Source: Lama glama (lineage: Eukaryota). From it: a stretch of 64,000 nucleotides of DNA. Below are positions 1 through 12,384 of this stretch, piece after piece; position 1 is the first letter of the stretch; each line of letters opens with the position of its first letter. The DNA is taken from NCBI GenBank assembly GCA_028534125.1, contig CM052818.1, forward strand, positions 28,460,001 through 28,524,000, given 5' to 3'. The notes below the pieces were generated by a model, which worked only from the letters and a program-made list of their open reading frames with translations, was not told the origin of the DNA and ran no database searches. The position numbers and the translations under genes are program-made.

Positions 1-946
1 TAACAGAGACTGAGAATCTAGTGTCTGTTAGGGGCCAGGACTACAACTGGTACTACTCATCACGAGCTGGGAATTATCAACCTACCAAGTAATAAAGTTA
101 CACAGACACAACAGAATTCCATCAGACAATGAAAATGATACATTCAATATTAGGCTTGAAGCAGATAAGATATCATAAGTAATTTACAAAAGAGTTGGGC
201 CAGACTCTAACTTATCTAATTCATTTATTCCTACATCTCTCACTCACCTCACATTTATAACCTAGTATGGAACTCCCTATTCCCAGGTGTGGACATAAAC
301 ATGGTCTTGCTTCATGGAAAGGTTAGTTTCTGTAGGCCAATGTTTATGTTAGTCAAAAACAGACTGTCACAGGGATGATCTCTAAAGACAGGACTGAAAG
401 GAAATCTTTCTAATGAGCAAAGTAGATGCTCTGGGTCATCAATTTGTTATAAAAGAAGATGCCTGAACTAAGGAGATTAATAAATTCCTGGGTAGAAGCA
501 AATGGCCTAGTTTGTTGGTAAAAAACCTGGAACGAGCAAGATTGGAAGACAGAGATTTGAGGAAAAGCATACAGACTGTTCTATGAGAAAGTTAACAAAA
601 TGCAGGGATCTATGCGTCTCATAGCGGTGCCCACCAAGAACATCCATCAGAGAAAGTGTTGACAACTAGGCAAATAGAAAGATACAGCCAGTAGTGGTAG
701 CCACCCTCAGACTCAGTCACCCCACTGCTTGCATAATAATCCCAAGAATGGAGATCCCAGAGTGAGAGAGAGGGGGACCAAGCACCAGACTTTCACCACG
801 GGCTTCTTCATCACTAAGAGAAACCCAGCTACTGGTGCTACTGAATGTGTGACCCATCAGCTGGTTAGACCTACGCTGACTCCTTGGTATCATACTGGTG
901 ATCAGTTTACTTTTTCTAAGCTCCTAGTTTACCCTTTGACCTGATT

Positions 947-1466
947 TGTGATACTGAAACTTAATCCTATTAAATTTCTCCAACACCAGCTGGTGCAGTT
1001 TAGCTCTGCCATTAGGAGGTGCTGGAATCACTGCAATGCCATAGCAAGAGAAGGGCTTCTCTCCTTAGTACTGGTGTACTTTTATTTTCTTATGATGTGG
1101 CTGCCAGGAAATCAGTGTTCCAGAGGCCTGGTGGCAAACACTCTCTAACAGTTTCTTGGCCACTCTATAGGCCTTTTCTGCTCAACAATTCAAGACCATA
1201 CCCTCTGGCAAATTCTTCTCCACCAACCTTCAGCATGTATGTATATATGTATGTATGTATGTATGTATCTATCTATCTATCTAATAGCCACATTTTCTCT
1301 AATAATTGTCTAAGTTCCTAGTTTCATCCTTGTTCACTCTCTCAGCCCTACATATGGCAGCAAGTCCTTTTACTCTTTGGAATAGTTAAAAATACTTTAC
1401 ATTAAATTGTCCTTGTTTATATTACTGATATGATTTCTGTGTCCTGACTGGATCCTGATTAATACA
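947..1466 (+). mobile_element. ERVL-type solo LTR (LTR33/LTR41-like) inserted in the ERV-L pol region
   Basis: TG start (tgtgatactg). Ends atttctgtgtcctgactggatcctgattaataca, which resembles the LTR33-family 3' end. It interrupts pol between the RNase H and integrase-core remnants. Confidence 0.65.
1235..1282. repeat. Compound (TATG)n(TATC)n microsatellite
   Basis: atgtatgtatatatgtatgtatgtatgtatgtatctatctatctatct. Confidence 0.9.
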
Positions 1467-1649
1467 CATGCCATCCTTCAAAAAAAAAAAAACTAACCAA
1501 ATATTTTTTGGCTAGTTGACTATGTTACTTCTCTTCCGTGGTGGAAGAACAATGATTCATCCTTACTTGGGTTCTTACATTTTCCAGGTTTAGGTTTGTG
1601 TTTCCTCTTTTCTATGCCTTGGACCACATCACTACTAAAAATTTCACAC

Positions 1650-2096
1650 GACAAGTTAAACTGTTAAGGAAGACTTAACTGAAGACTACTGCAATAGGTG
1701 AAAGAGTTTGAACTCAACTCCACTGTGACAAAAAGCAGTTTTTAGGTGCCAGGATAAGTTGTAGAATAATATGAAAGGATCTTATAGGGAGATTGGTCAA
1801 TGTCTAGCTTATAGAAGTTATGTTCCTACTCTCCCACAGAAACTAGGAGGTAGAAGCACGATTTTCCTTGATGATTACATTTCAAAAGGATAGCTCCCAG
1901 GACCTTGAGAAAGACAGTTTGGGGCTGTAGACCTGGCGAGAGGCTAGAGAAGATTTACGTTTCAAAGAAGCAAAGAAAGTACTTACACATTTCTAAAGTA
2001 AGCACTCTAAGAAAAGGGAGGTTGGGGGCTATAATCAGAAAGAAACCTATCAAAAGGTTAGTCAATTTGAGGGGAATATTAAGTTTCTCTTGGTCA
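1650..2096 (-). mobile_element. ERV1 (MER4-group-like) solo LTR
   Basis: aagactactgcaataggtgaaagagtttgaactcaactcc and gatgattacatttcaaaagg..ctcccagg..cttgagaaagaca resemble MER4-group LTRs in reverse orientation. Ends tggtca (TGACCA on minus) and splits the integrase remnant. Confidence 0.65.
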
Positions 2097-2285
2097 GACT
2101 AACAGAGTGATTGATTTATGGTCAGTAGATCGTATATAATATCACCCTGGATCAAAAAACCAAAAATGAAGTGAACAATAAACATATGAGTATGGAGTAT
2201 GCCCTGCAGTCCCAAATACACTTTATCACTTAGACGGTGCCAGCCTGATAAAATGTTAAGATGGCCTCTTAAATACATAGCTGAG

Positions 2286-2416
2286 GTGAGGGAGGGTATA
2301 ACTCAGTGTAGAGTAAATACTTAGCATGCACGAGGTTCTGGGTTCCATCCCCAGTACCTCTGTTAAAAAACAAAACAAAAAAACTAATTACTCTCCCAGA
2401 ATTAAAAAAAATAAAT
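2286..2416 (+). mobile_element. tRNA-derived SINE, camelid Vic-1-like
   Basis: gggagggtataactcagtgtagag (A-box-like) ... ggttccatcccc (B-box-like), A-rich tail, and a 15-bp TSD aaat(a/g)catagctgag at 2271-2285 and 2417-2431. Confidence 0.9.
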
Positions 2417-3230
2417 AAATGCATAGCTGAGATACTGTTTGAGGATGACGCTATTCATCGTTGAGTGTTATCTTTTAAGGTATTAAATATATAGTTGAAC
2501 CAATGGACATTATATGATGTTATAGCACTGAGAGAATACATAAATCTAAGAAACACAGGATGTAACAGTGGTCCTTCTTATTACTCTTCCAGGTGTTCAT
2601 GTAGAAAATTTGTACTTCCTATGCCTGAAAGTTCTCCTAGAATAGAGTTTCTGGTTTCCAACAAGCACTCTTATAACAAGTAACACAGTAAATGTTCCAG
2701 AAAACCTAAATGCAGGCAGGACTGCTGCCAAATCATTTTGGACTCTGACTGAAGAACAGAAAGCAAAACAAACAAACAAGCATAATGTTACATGCTAGCA
2801 GGAATAATAGAATCTGATTATCATGAAGAGATAAGATTGTGTCACATGAGGTAGGTAGGGAGGTAGGTAGAATTCAAGACATTCCACTGGGAGTCCATTC
2901 CTGGTGCTTGCATGCTGAGAGATATTCATTAATGGGTAATTATAGCACGTATGGCCTTACAAAGACATGTTACTCAGAGGCACAGATCCCTGAAGGATGA
3001 AGGTCTATGTTTACGCACCGGACAAGCAAAAGACCAGTGAAAAGGCTGGCTGAGAGTGAAGAGAATGTACAGTAATAGTTGAGGGGAGTAATTTGACCCA
3101 CTTCTCTTTCTATTATATTTTTTAAATTAAACTGTGACTGGCCACCACATGAAAAAGCAGTGATAATATTGAAATATTGAACTATTTTAACATGGGACAA
3201 TGGAGGATCTGGCCAGGGCAAGAAGTAGAC

Positions 3231-3592
3231 TATTCCAGATGCTCTGGGTGGCCCACTCATATCCCTTCAAGCTTTACCATTTAAGTGCCTAGTAGTTAAT
3301 TTCCAACTACCATCATTAGTATCTCATTGCCCAAGGGCTGATCTGGAAATCTTCTGCCCACGCAAACAGCAGGCAGGAAGTGACAGAAAAATAACGCTTT
3401 CAGGGTCTGAACTCAACCATTAACTCTGAGAGTTAATTCTAAAATACCTCAGCTAACACAACCTTAAAAGGAAACATCTCTGAATGTTATAATCTACAAT
3501 GTCTCCCAAACTTCTAGCAGTCTACAATAGCAGCTTGCTTGGTTGAATCTGTGCCTCAAACTCTGTCCCCTGGGAAAATCTAAATTAAAACA
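3231..3592 (+). mobile_element. 3' LTR of the ERV-L element (LTR16-like)
   Basis: Follows a purine-rich tract (agggcaagaagtagac). Begins tattccagatgctctgggtggcccactcatatcccttca, contains caggaagtg and ends ctctgtcccctgggaaaatctaaattaaaaca. Confidence 0.65.
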
Positions 3593-3789
3593 GAGAGATT
3601 TTGAGATCAAACTAACTGGAGTTCTAAATTTCATTTGGAAACATATCTTCATAAAGCTTTCCCCCTCTTCTCGTCATTCTTCTCGTGTTCCCCCTCCATC
3701 ATTTTGCAAACCAAATTTATACTGGAACGTAATTCATTTTTGCAATGTGATGGTGATAAATTCTTTATAACATTACCTAGAGAACTTTT

Positions 3790-3915
3790 AATTTGTTACT
3801 TAGACTCCAATAATCTCAGTTTCCTCATTTGTAAAATGGTATAGTAATATTTATTTTACAGAACATTTATCAGTAATAAATAATTTAGTTCTATGCCTGG
3901 CATATACTGGACTCT
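3790..3915 (+). mobile_element. MIR fragment
   Basis: MIR core tctcagtttcctcatttgtaaaatgg. Confidence 0.7.
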
Positions 3916-4079
3916 CTCTTTAAATAGTCTGCATTTATTTAATAACAGGTATCTTGCTTTAATAAATAGCAGTTTAAAAAAGTAATTTATAGTTGTACCT
4001 GAGTAATAGATATAGTTAACAATAATTGTATAGATTTACATGATAATTTACACAGCAAATGCAATAAAGAAGTTGGTAT

Positions 4080-4595
4080 TAGAATATATTCACTAAAGGA
4101 CAAGTATTTAAATGTTCATGGAAGTGCTATTTATACTAACACCAAACTGAAACTACCCAAAGTTTCATGAAGAATAGAGTGTATAAATAAATTGTAGAAA
4201 TGTTATCTGATGGAATATTATGCAGCAATTAAAATTAACAACGTACAACTATTAGCAACAAAATGGATTATTCCCACAAATATAACCTTGAGTGAAAGAA
4301 GGCAGTTACATACCCTCAAATTACATACTCTCTTTTTCATTCTATTAACATAAAATGCAAAAATGGGTAAAATAATCTATGCTGTCAGCAGTTAGGATAG
4401 TAATTAGCTTGGGAGGCAAGCACAGATAGAAAGAGATCATAAGAAGGGCTTTTGGTGTGTTAACAATATTTTGTTTTTTTGATCTGGGTATTGGTTACAC
4501 AGCAGTGTTCAGTTTGTGGAAATTTAGTGAGCTTTACACTTATGTGTAGTGGTGTGTATATGTGTGTGTATATGTTAATAAAAAGTTAAGAAAAA
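4080..4595 (+). mobile_element. Old L1 3' end (L1MC/L1ME-like)
   Basis: aatgttcatggaagtgctatttata..atggaatattatgcagcaattaaaa..ttgatctgggtattggttacacag..aataaaaagtt. Confidence 0.75.
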
Positions 4596-6034
4596 CTAGA
4601 TAAAGTTAAAATCAGAATATTGTTCTAGAAGTTACCTGGCACAACCAGGTTTTACAAACAGTAGAGTTCATTATTTAAATACATCAAACTACTTCCTTTG
4701 ACATTTATCATGATTTTAGCTGAAATACTTTATCACTGCCACATTATTAATTCCTATTGTGTCACCATTTCTTGGGTAGTTCTGTGGTATTTAACAAAAC
4801 TCTAACATCCATACAATATGAATCAGAATACTTTTTAAACTCAGTTAAAATTCATGACAAGCTTGATAGATTCTGATTCAAAACGTTAAATGTATCCTTC
4901 AAATTAATTTTCTTGGTATTACTATGAAATGCTTTAAAATTGGCTTTCAACTTTTTAATTTCATTACATATATCATAACAGACAGACAATATTTCCCAGA
5001 TATTTACATTCTCATTATATTCTCTTATCTCCTTCTTTGTTCTTTTGACTTTTTTCTAATAGTTCAGGAAAAGTTTTTCTTATCATTGTACCTTAACATC
5101 AGATGATAAACATTATTTTATATAATATTCTGGTTTGTTAGAGATCTGAATGACTGTAATGACAAGGGAGAGGTGCCAGTAGCAGACAATGAAAAATGAC
5201 TTTTTCCATGTTAATATCAAGGTCATGTAAGTATTATGAAACTTGGTTTACCAAAATTTACTTTATCTTTAGCAAAAATGTAAAATACATTTATGTTTAT
5301 AAAAATATATTTTGATTAACTGATCTACTCATTCAATATTTATAGAAAAAGTACTTCATTACAACCAAACAATTGAACCCTGCACTCAAAGAGTTTATGG
5401 TTTCATGGGACTGATAAAGACAAAAATTATACTATGTTTTAAGGTGCTAGATCTGAAGAATTTCCAGGCAAGCACTATTGAGACTTTCTGGGTTAGTAAG
5501 TGATAGTTATTTTATCAGATTTTATTTAGACAGTTTAGCCAAATTAGCAATTAGGGTCATTTTCTACTCTGCTATTCATTCATCTATTTATTCATTTATT
5601 TCTTTAGCTTTGGGTTTTTTCTCCATCGAAGGTCAGCTCCGAAAGCATTTTACTTCTACCTACAGAAGGCCACAGGTAAATTTATGCTGCTTTATTCATT
5701 TGATAAAGCTGCCAACATAAGATCGAAAATGTATTTCCTCCATCAGTTTAAGAAAGAGGATCTCTTTGGTTTTAAATGACATACTGAGAACTAGACAAAG
5801 CTCAAAGGGAAAAAAACAAGGAAACACTTTCCAAACAAAGTAACAGGAGCTAAAACTGAGTTGTATACAGAGGCTCTTAAAGGGATGAATGAGTGGTGGG
5901 TGCCAGAGTAGAGGGAATAGTAGTGTAGGGGAAAGAGACCTGGGAAATTTTCAGTGAACTGATAAACTTTTTGGAATGGGACTTCCACTCCAGGTGGTAA
6001 TGACCTCTCTGGGAATAGCCAATATAATATAGAG

Positions 6035-6477
6035 ATATGTAGTGAGCTTTATATGCCACTTGGACGTTTATGCCCAAAGGGACCGATTATGCTTTACATC
6101 AGAGCCTGCCTTAAATACTTTACATCCTATTACATCAATTTGTCATCCTGGGAATCCAACCACCATGCTGTTAGGAAGCACAGACCACACGCAGAAGCCA
6201 ATGATAAATACTGTGGTCAACAGTTTCAACTAAGATCTCAGCTAACAGCCAGTATCACCACAGGTTATGTGAGCAATCAAATCTTCAAGATGATTTCAGA
6301 ACACATACTTATAATTACCCCAGAAGCTAGATACCTAGTAGAACAGGGATGACTTAACTCCACTGAGCCCTGGAGCCCTGTCCAAACTATAGACGGATAA
6401 GTTTATTATATTTTCTGCTGTGTTAAGCCACTAAATTTGGGGTTAATTTTTTTTAATCTGGCTATAGGAACTAGAAA
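6035..6477 (+). mobile_element. MaLR LTR (MLT1G/H-like)
   Basis: caccatgctgttaggaagc..cagctaacagccagtatca..tgttaagccactaaatttgggg. Confidence 0.7.
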
Positions 6478-8023
6478 GATCAATAAAACTGTGTGAGGCA
6501 AAATAACTGAAATAAAACTATGAAGTATCTCTTGAAAGAGCCTGCAGATTAGTAAAGCAGCACAAGATAAGCACGTGTATCTCTACGGTATACAAAAGAA
6601 AATGTTTTAAAAATGTTTTATCATAATGTCACAAAGCTCATGAGGTTGTTAGGTTGAGAAAAGACATGTACCAGTTTCGGAGTCAGGAACTTCATGGAAG
6701 AGGTGGCATTTGAGATATGCTTTGCATTGTTTCATTTCCAGGAAAATTATGTGCTTTTATTTCTATATAAATTGTATACTTTGAAGAAAATTTGATTTCT
6801 TTAGGACTACAGCATAAGTCTGACCAATGTAGTTTTTTTTTTTTTAAGTTACAATTCTTAGTTAATATTCTGTCTAAGGACAAGGGCAGATGAGAGTCCC
6901 TCCACATGGGTTCTATAGTAAAATCTAAAGTATGCAAAGGGATAGATTATACTTCCTTTGTACTTTTCATCAGGGCCTAGGAGACTCCTGCGGCACCTGA
7001 AAGTGCATATGCAACTGGACTGAAGTCATGTTAGAACAAGTAGCTACCTAATTGTGTGTTTATTACAAATTCCAAGATAACTTAAATTAACACTGTAGGT
7101 ATAACTTGAGGATTTAACTCACATGTACGAAATATACTTTAACAGAGATATTTGTGAGTTGAAGAGTTAAGGAAGTGTAGATCTCAAAACTGCTGAGAAT
7201 AAGTAGTTTCAAAATATAGATTTTATTCTCTTTTCAATCCTCCAATTAAGTGTTTCTCACCTGCTAGTGAATAACCCAATGTGAATGCCTCAAGAATTAC
7301 CTTCTGACTATCAAACCAAAGTCATTATCTTGAATGGCCTTACACATTACTAAGATATTTTAATTCACATCTAGAATCTTCCAAGTGGTGATGTGGCCTC
7401 AATGCTAAGTCAGAACACAAACTATAAGAGTTTCAGAATTTAGGTATTTCTCAAAAACATCAAACCTGAGATCTATACAGACTATGTGATGTCTTTCTAG
7501 GTCAAATTTATCCTAAAGAATTTTTGCACGTTGAAGATTCATCAGATAACTGTTCATTTTTCCACACTGAATAAAAATAGAATTGAAATAGCTAATGAAA
7601 AATCTTAAATACTCTAAAATTCAGGTGTAACTAAGCTATATGACTCTCAGACTTCTTGTTCAGTGTGTCTGTCCTCTGCTTCCAATTCTAATAACAAAAC
7701 ACTGCAAAATCCATTGACTCAATTTGTTCTATCACGATAATTTGTTGACAATTTAGCACTTAAATTGGCTCAATTGTACTAAAAATGTATTAGTTTCTCC
7801 TTCATTATGAAAGCTGAAACCAATCAATTAGCCCAGAATTTCATTCAGTGTAGACTTGCCTAAAGCCTCACACTAATTAACAACTATATTAAAATCCTAT
7901 AAACAATTCTGCCCTCTGGATGATGACATTGCAAGGAAGAACATGTTATTTCATCAAAAATTAAGAGCATATATGTGAATGTTTATATTTGTGATTAAAA
8001 TAATATAAGTTAACTATAATGCC

Positions 8024-8223
8024 AAATGGTTATCAACTGAAGCACGGTGCTTCCCCCAAGGGTGCATTTGGCAAAATATGAATACATTTATGTTGTGCCA
8101 ACTGAGTGGCATTTGGCAGGTAGTCAGGAATCCTGCTAACTCTCCGACAATATAAGGACCATCTGCTACAACAAATAATTATCTAGTCTAAAATGTCAGT
8201 AATGCCAAGGTTGAAAAACTCTG
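8024..8223 (+). mobile_element. hAT-Charlie MITE MER20
   Basis: Degenerate TIRs aaatggttatcaa / ttgaaaaactctg, with internal aattatctagtctaaaatgtcagtaatgccaagg typical of MER20. Confidence 0.8.
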
Positions 8224-8226
8224 CTA

Positions 8227-9257
8227 ACAACCTACTGAATGGGAAAAGATCTGCAAATGATATACCCAGTGAGGACATAATAGCTAAAATATGAAAAGAA
8301 CTCATACAGCTTAATATGAAATGGGTATAAGACCTGAATAGACTTTTTTTTCCAAACAAGACATACAGATGGCCAACAGGAACATGAAAAGATGCTCAAC
8401 ACTAATATTCAGGGAAATGCAAATCAAAATTACAATGAGATACCACCTCATACCTCTCAGAATGGCAATTATTTAAAACAAAACAAAACAAAACAAATAA
8501 GTGTTGATGAGGTTATGGAGAAAAAGGAACCCTTGTGCACTGTTGGGAGGAATGTAAATTGGTGCAGCCATAAGAAAAAGTATGAAAGTTCCTCAAAAAA
8601 TTAACAATATAACTACCATAAGATCCAGCAAATTCAATTCTGGGTATTTATCTGAAGAAAACAAAACACTAATGCAAACAGATATTCATCCCATGTTCAT
8701 TACAGCATTATTTACAAGAGCCAGTATATGAAAGCAACCTAAATGCCCATCGATAGATGAATGGATAAAGATGTGGTGTCTATGTACAATGGAATATTAC
8801 TCAGCTGTAAAAGAAGAATGACATTTTGGCATTGCATTTGCAACAACATGAATGAATCTAGGGCATATTACACTAAAGGAAATAAATCAGACTGAGAAAG
8901 ACAAATCCCATGATTTCACTTATGTGTGGAATTTAAAAAAAACAAAACAGAAACAGACTCATAAGTATAGGGAAAAAAACTGGTGGTCACCAGAGGGGAA
9001 AGGAATGTAAGACCAAACAAAATAAGTGAAGGGGATTAAGAGCTACAAACTCTGTCATACAATGAATAAGTCATAGGCATGTAATGTACAACATAGGGAC
9101 AACAGTCAACAATATTATAATAACTTTCTGTGGTGACAGATAGTTACTAGACTTATCAGGAAGACTGTTTCATAATGTATATAAATGTCTAACCACTATA
9201 TTGTACACCTGAAATCAGTATTGTGTGTCAACTATAGTTAAATTATAAGAAGAAAAA
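8227..9257 (+). mobile_element. 5'-truncated L1 (ORF2 C-terminal region plus 3' UTR, Laurasiatherian-type)
   Basis: gaaatgcaaatcaaaattacaatgagataccacctc, gatagatgaatggataaag, A-rich tail, and a 14-bp TSD gaaaaactctgcta at 8213-8226 and 9258-9271. Confidence 0.92.
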
Positions 9258-9840
9258 GAAAAACTCTGCTATATACTACATACCTCTTGTTGGAAATAAT
9301 TTTTTCATTTAGATTGTAAACATCCAAGAGTACATTTATTCCTGATACTTTGAATCTTTAGATGATATTTAAAATTTTTATTTAAGAAATGCTGAGTATT
9401 AATGAGTTTGAATACAGATATTTCTTAAAGCAAACAAACAAAAATACTGATCCATTGAAGTTCAAAAAGATAGTTGAAAAAAATCAGTTGTTTAGGTGAA
9501 CAGAGATGAGTGCTATTTACATCTAAAGCTTTCTTAAGTGAATACCCAGGCGTAAAATTAACTGGAGGGATATGGAAAAAATTAATTTGATATGCTTTGC
9601 AAAGCGGTTTGAACTTAACTTCTCTTCAGTATGTAGGGGAACCTACCCAAATAAGGAGGAATGAAGGTGATGATCTTATCTGCATAATCTAGGCATTAGT
9701 CACTACTCCTGACAGGTAGAGATTCTTGCTTAGGTGAAAGTGTGGACCTGGCTTCCCTCCCATCATTTCAGCCAGTAAATTGAGAATTCACCTGAAGAAG
9801 CAAACTAAAGATTTGATAAAATTGGAGGGTGGATGGTAGG

Positions 9841-9871
9841 GAGAGAAGAAGAAGAAGAAGAAAGAAAGAAG
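9841..9871. repeat. (GAA)n/(GAAA)n simple repeat
   Basis: gagagaagaagaagaagaagaaagaaagaag. Confidence 0.8.
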
Positions 9872-10704
9872 TGAGTGCAGTAAGAGGCTTACAAATGTTG
9901 CTATTTAACATAGTTGCTGTCTGGAGATACTACTAAGTGAAGGTATTTGAGAAATCTGCACCATGGCAGTGATTTTCTTTTGTATTCTGCACTTGCTTCT
10001 CTAACTCTATGACTTAAATGAACTAACCTTGAAGACAGATGAGTCTTTTGTATAAAAGTCTACAAAATGGATTGGAAGAGAAAGTTGTAAAAAAAAAAAA
10101 AAATCATACTTTAAAAAAAAAAGCTACCTTTTCACAACAATACAAAATGTCTCTTTTAAATTCTAAACATTTTGAATTCTAAGAAAGCCAATTTTATAAT
10201 TTAAGATGCATAATATAGCTTTATATTTTAAATGCAATTTTAACGGAATTGATAAATTCCACATAATTATTCCATTAACCTCTGAAAACATCCGCACGTT
10301 CTCCTGCAACTCAACAGCTGGATGAAAACAGACCCCCAGGACCTCATTTGCTTATTATACCTGTCTCATTTACAAGCCAATTAATTTACATTTTCAGCAT
10401 TTCAATTACAGGACTCCATTAATGCCCCAAATAATTTGTAGTGAATAGCCTTCTAAATTCAAACTGCTCTGAAACTCTAAAATTCTATGTTTTCTGTGAT
10501 TTGATACAAACCAAAAAAGTACATATTAATAAAACATAGGACATGAACCCAAAATGTATTCTTAGTTCAAATAAAAGTTTATTTTATAAGAAATCATACA
10601 ATTAGTATTCTAGTTTAGGATCCTCAAAAAACGCAATATTCAAATGTGTCAGTGTCTAGAACAATGCCATTGCCCATAATAAAAGTTTAATATGCACGTG
10701 CTAT

Positions 10705-11082
10705 TCTGATGGGGCAGAGTGCTACCTGTTCACAAAACCAAATTCCTCTTCTTCCTGGGCACAAAGCTAGACAGGTAAGTGTGGCCACGTAATGGACAGC
10801 TAGCTAATGGAATGTGAGAGAAAGAGAAATATGTACCTCTCAGCCTAGCCCATGAAAACCTCCCCAGGCATGACCTGCCTGGTTTATTTCCCTTCTAGTT
10901 GCCTGGAATGGAGAGGACCTCACGGTGACATGTATCCTTGAATTCTTACCTGAAGGAGAACTGGCTGGGTAGGAGCACCTGCTTTGGTCTATGACATGAG
11001 AGAGAAATGAACCTTTCAAGTGCAAGTCATGAAATGTACAGGTTTATCTGCTTTTATTTGTGAAAGCATCCAGTGTTACATT
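10705..11082 (+). mobile_element. MaLR LTR (MLT1J/I-like)
   Basis: cctcttcttcctgggcaca..gtggccacgt..aatggaatgtgagagaaag..catgagagagaaatgaaccttt. Confidence 0.7.
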
Positions 11083-11157
11083 AGCATTTTTAGAGGTAAA
11101 AACCCCAATTACGTTTCCTCTAATGTATGGAATCATGAAAATAAGCTGCTTGGGAAA

Positions 11158-11262
11158 TGTGTGCATGTATACACACACACACACACATATTTATATATGT
11201 ATATTTACATGTATGTGTATATATACACACACATATATCAAAACATAAAGATACACATATAT
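11158..11262. repeat. (CA)n/(TA)n degenerate microsatellite
   Basis: acacacacacacacacatatttatatatgtatat... Confidence 0.85.
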
Positions 11263-12209
11263 GTTTTGATAACTTTCATTAATAGTTTTTAAATGGAATT
11301 TATTACTGTTCATTAGAAGATTAACAAATTGAAAGTCAAACTAAGGATTAAAAGACCCTTTCATCTTATTGCTCTTTCATCCTGAATTCTCACATACACT
11401 CGTTCATATCAATCTCGGACTGATGCAGGAGGCAAAGCTTCCTGTTTAATGATGGCACTGTCTTGTTCTCTCTACTATAATTTGCCTAATGAATCAACTT
11501 CTAGCAATTAATTTGGTTTCACTTTTTATTCAAACTTTATCTTTTCTGCCCTTGACTTTTTTGCCATCAGTAGTCAGCTATTATAAAACCATAACCTCAA
11601 AAGGACTGAGAATTTGACTTATTCTAAGTATTACATAATCTGGACTACACTCATTTTGAATGGTCTCATTTGATTGGATCAATATGCTTATTTATTTTTC
11701 CAGCAATTACTTACCTGATATTCACCTTTATAAAGAATATTTTTTATTCATTTCAAGAAGCTGAACCGAACAAAATGATTGTATCTTTCTTTTATTGTCT
11801 CAGAACTGTTAACTCAAGTAGCATTTATAAAAAATACAGGTACGAATTTCAAAATTATATGCATCTGGTGACATTTCTCTTCATGACGTGAACACTGATG
11901 CATGTTCTTTTCCACTAAGATAGCTTTTACAAGGTGCACCATGTCATTGGCCTTTTACTTCACTGAGAGGCTTGCTATGTTCACAAAAGGCTGACAGCTC
12001 TACTCCAACTAGTGCGATTTCAGAGAAGAGGGTGACAGTGTGGCTAAGCCAGGTTTCACAATGGGTTGTCTTTGCTGTGTTAACATGAAAAGTCAGAGAG
12101 TACAAGGAAGACTGAATAGAGTCCCAGATAAAAAGGAAATAAAGCCTCAAGGACCTGTCACATAACACTTACTTTCCCAAGTAAAAGTAACTGAGGTATA
12201 ATCAAGATC

Positions 12210-12384
12210 TATGGCTTTGAAGTCAGAAAGACCTATTTTCACATATTTTAACCTCTCTCAGTTCCAGTGTCTTCATCTAAAAAGAAAGGAAACAAAAGCA
12301 TCTATATAATAGGATCATTATGCAGATTAAGTGAAAACATGTGTAAACAGTCCAATTCTGCATCTGTCACTCAGAAGTACTAAT
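12210..12384 (+). mobile_element. MIR
   Basis: ggctttgaagtcagaaagacct..acctctctcagttccagtgtcttcatctaaaaa..gattaagtgaaaacatgtgtaaa. Confidence 0.65.

Larger units (their letters stand above)
1..3230 (+). mobile_element. Decayed ERV-L class internal region (pol RNase H, integrase, dUTPase remnants; ERV3-16A3/ERVL-like), interrupted by three younger insertions
   Basis: Hand translation: 483-548 NSWVEANGLVCW*KTWNEQDWK (ERVL RNase H DSWAVANGLAGWSGTWKEHDWK-like); from 1509 WLVDYVTSLPWWK/Q*FILTWVLTFSRFRFVFP (integrase WQVDYIGPLP..GIDTYSGYGFAFP-like); 2792-2833 MLAGIIESDYHEEI (dUTPase motif III). Many stops and frameshifts. Confidence 0.85.

Noticed and set aside
2286..2360. tRNA gene
   Set aside because: The tRNA-like head has an A-rich tail and a TSD and lacks a complete acceptor stem, so it is a SINE.
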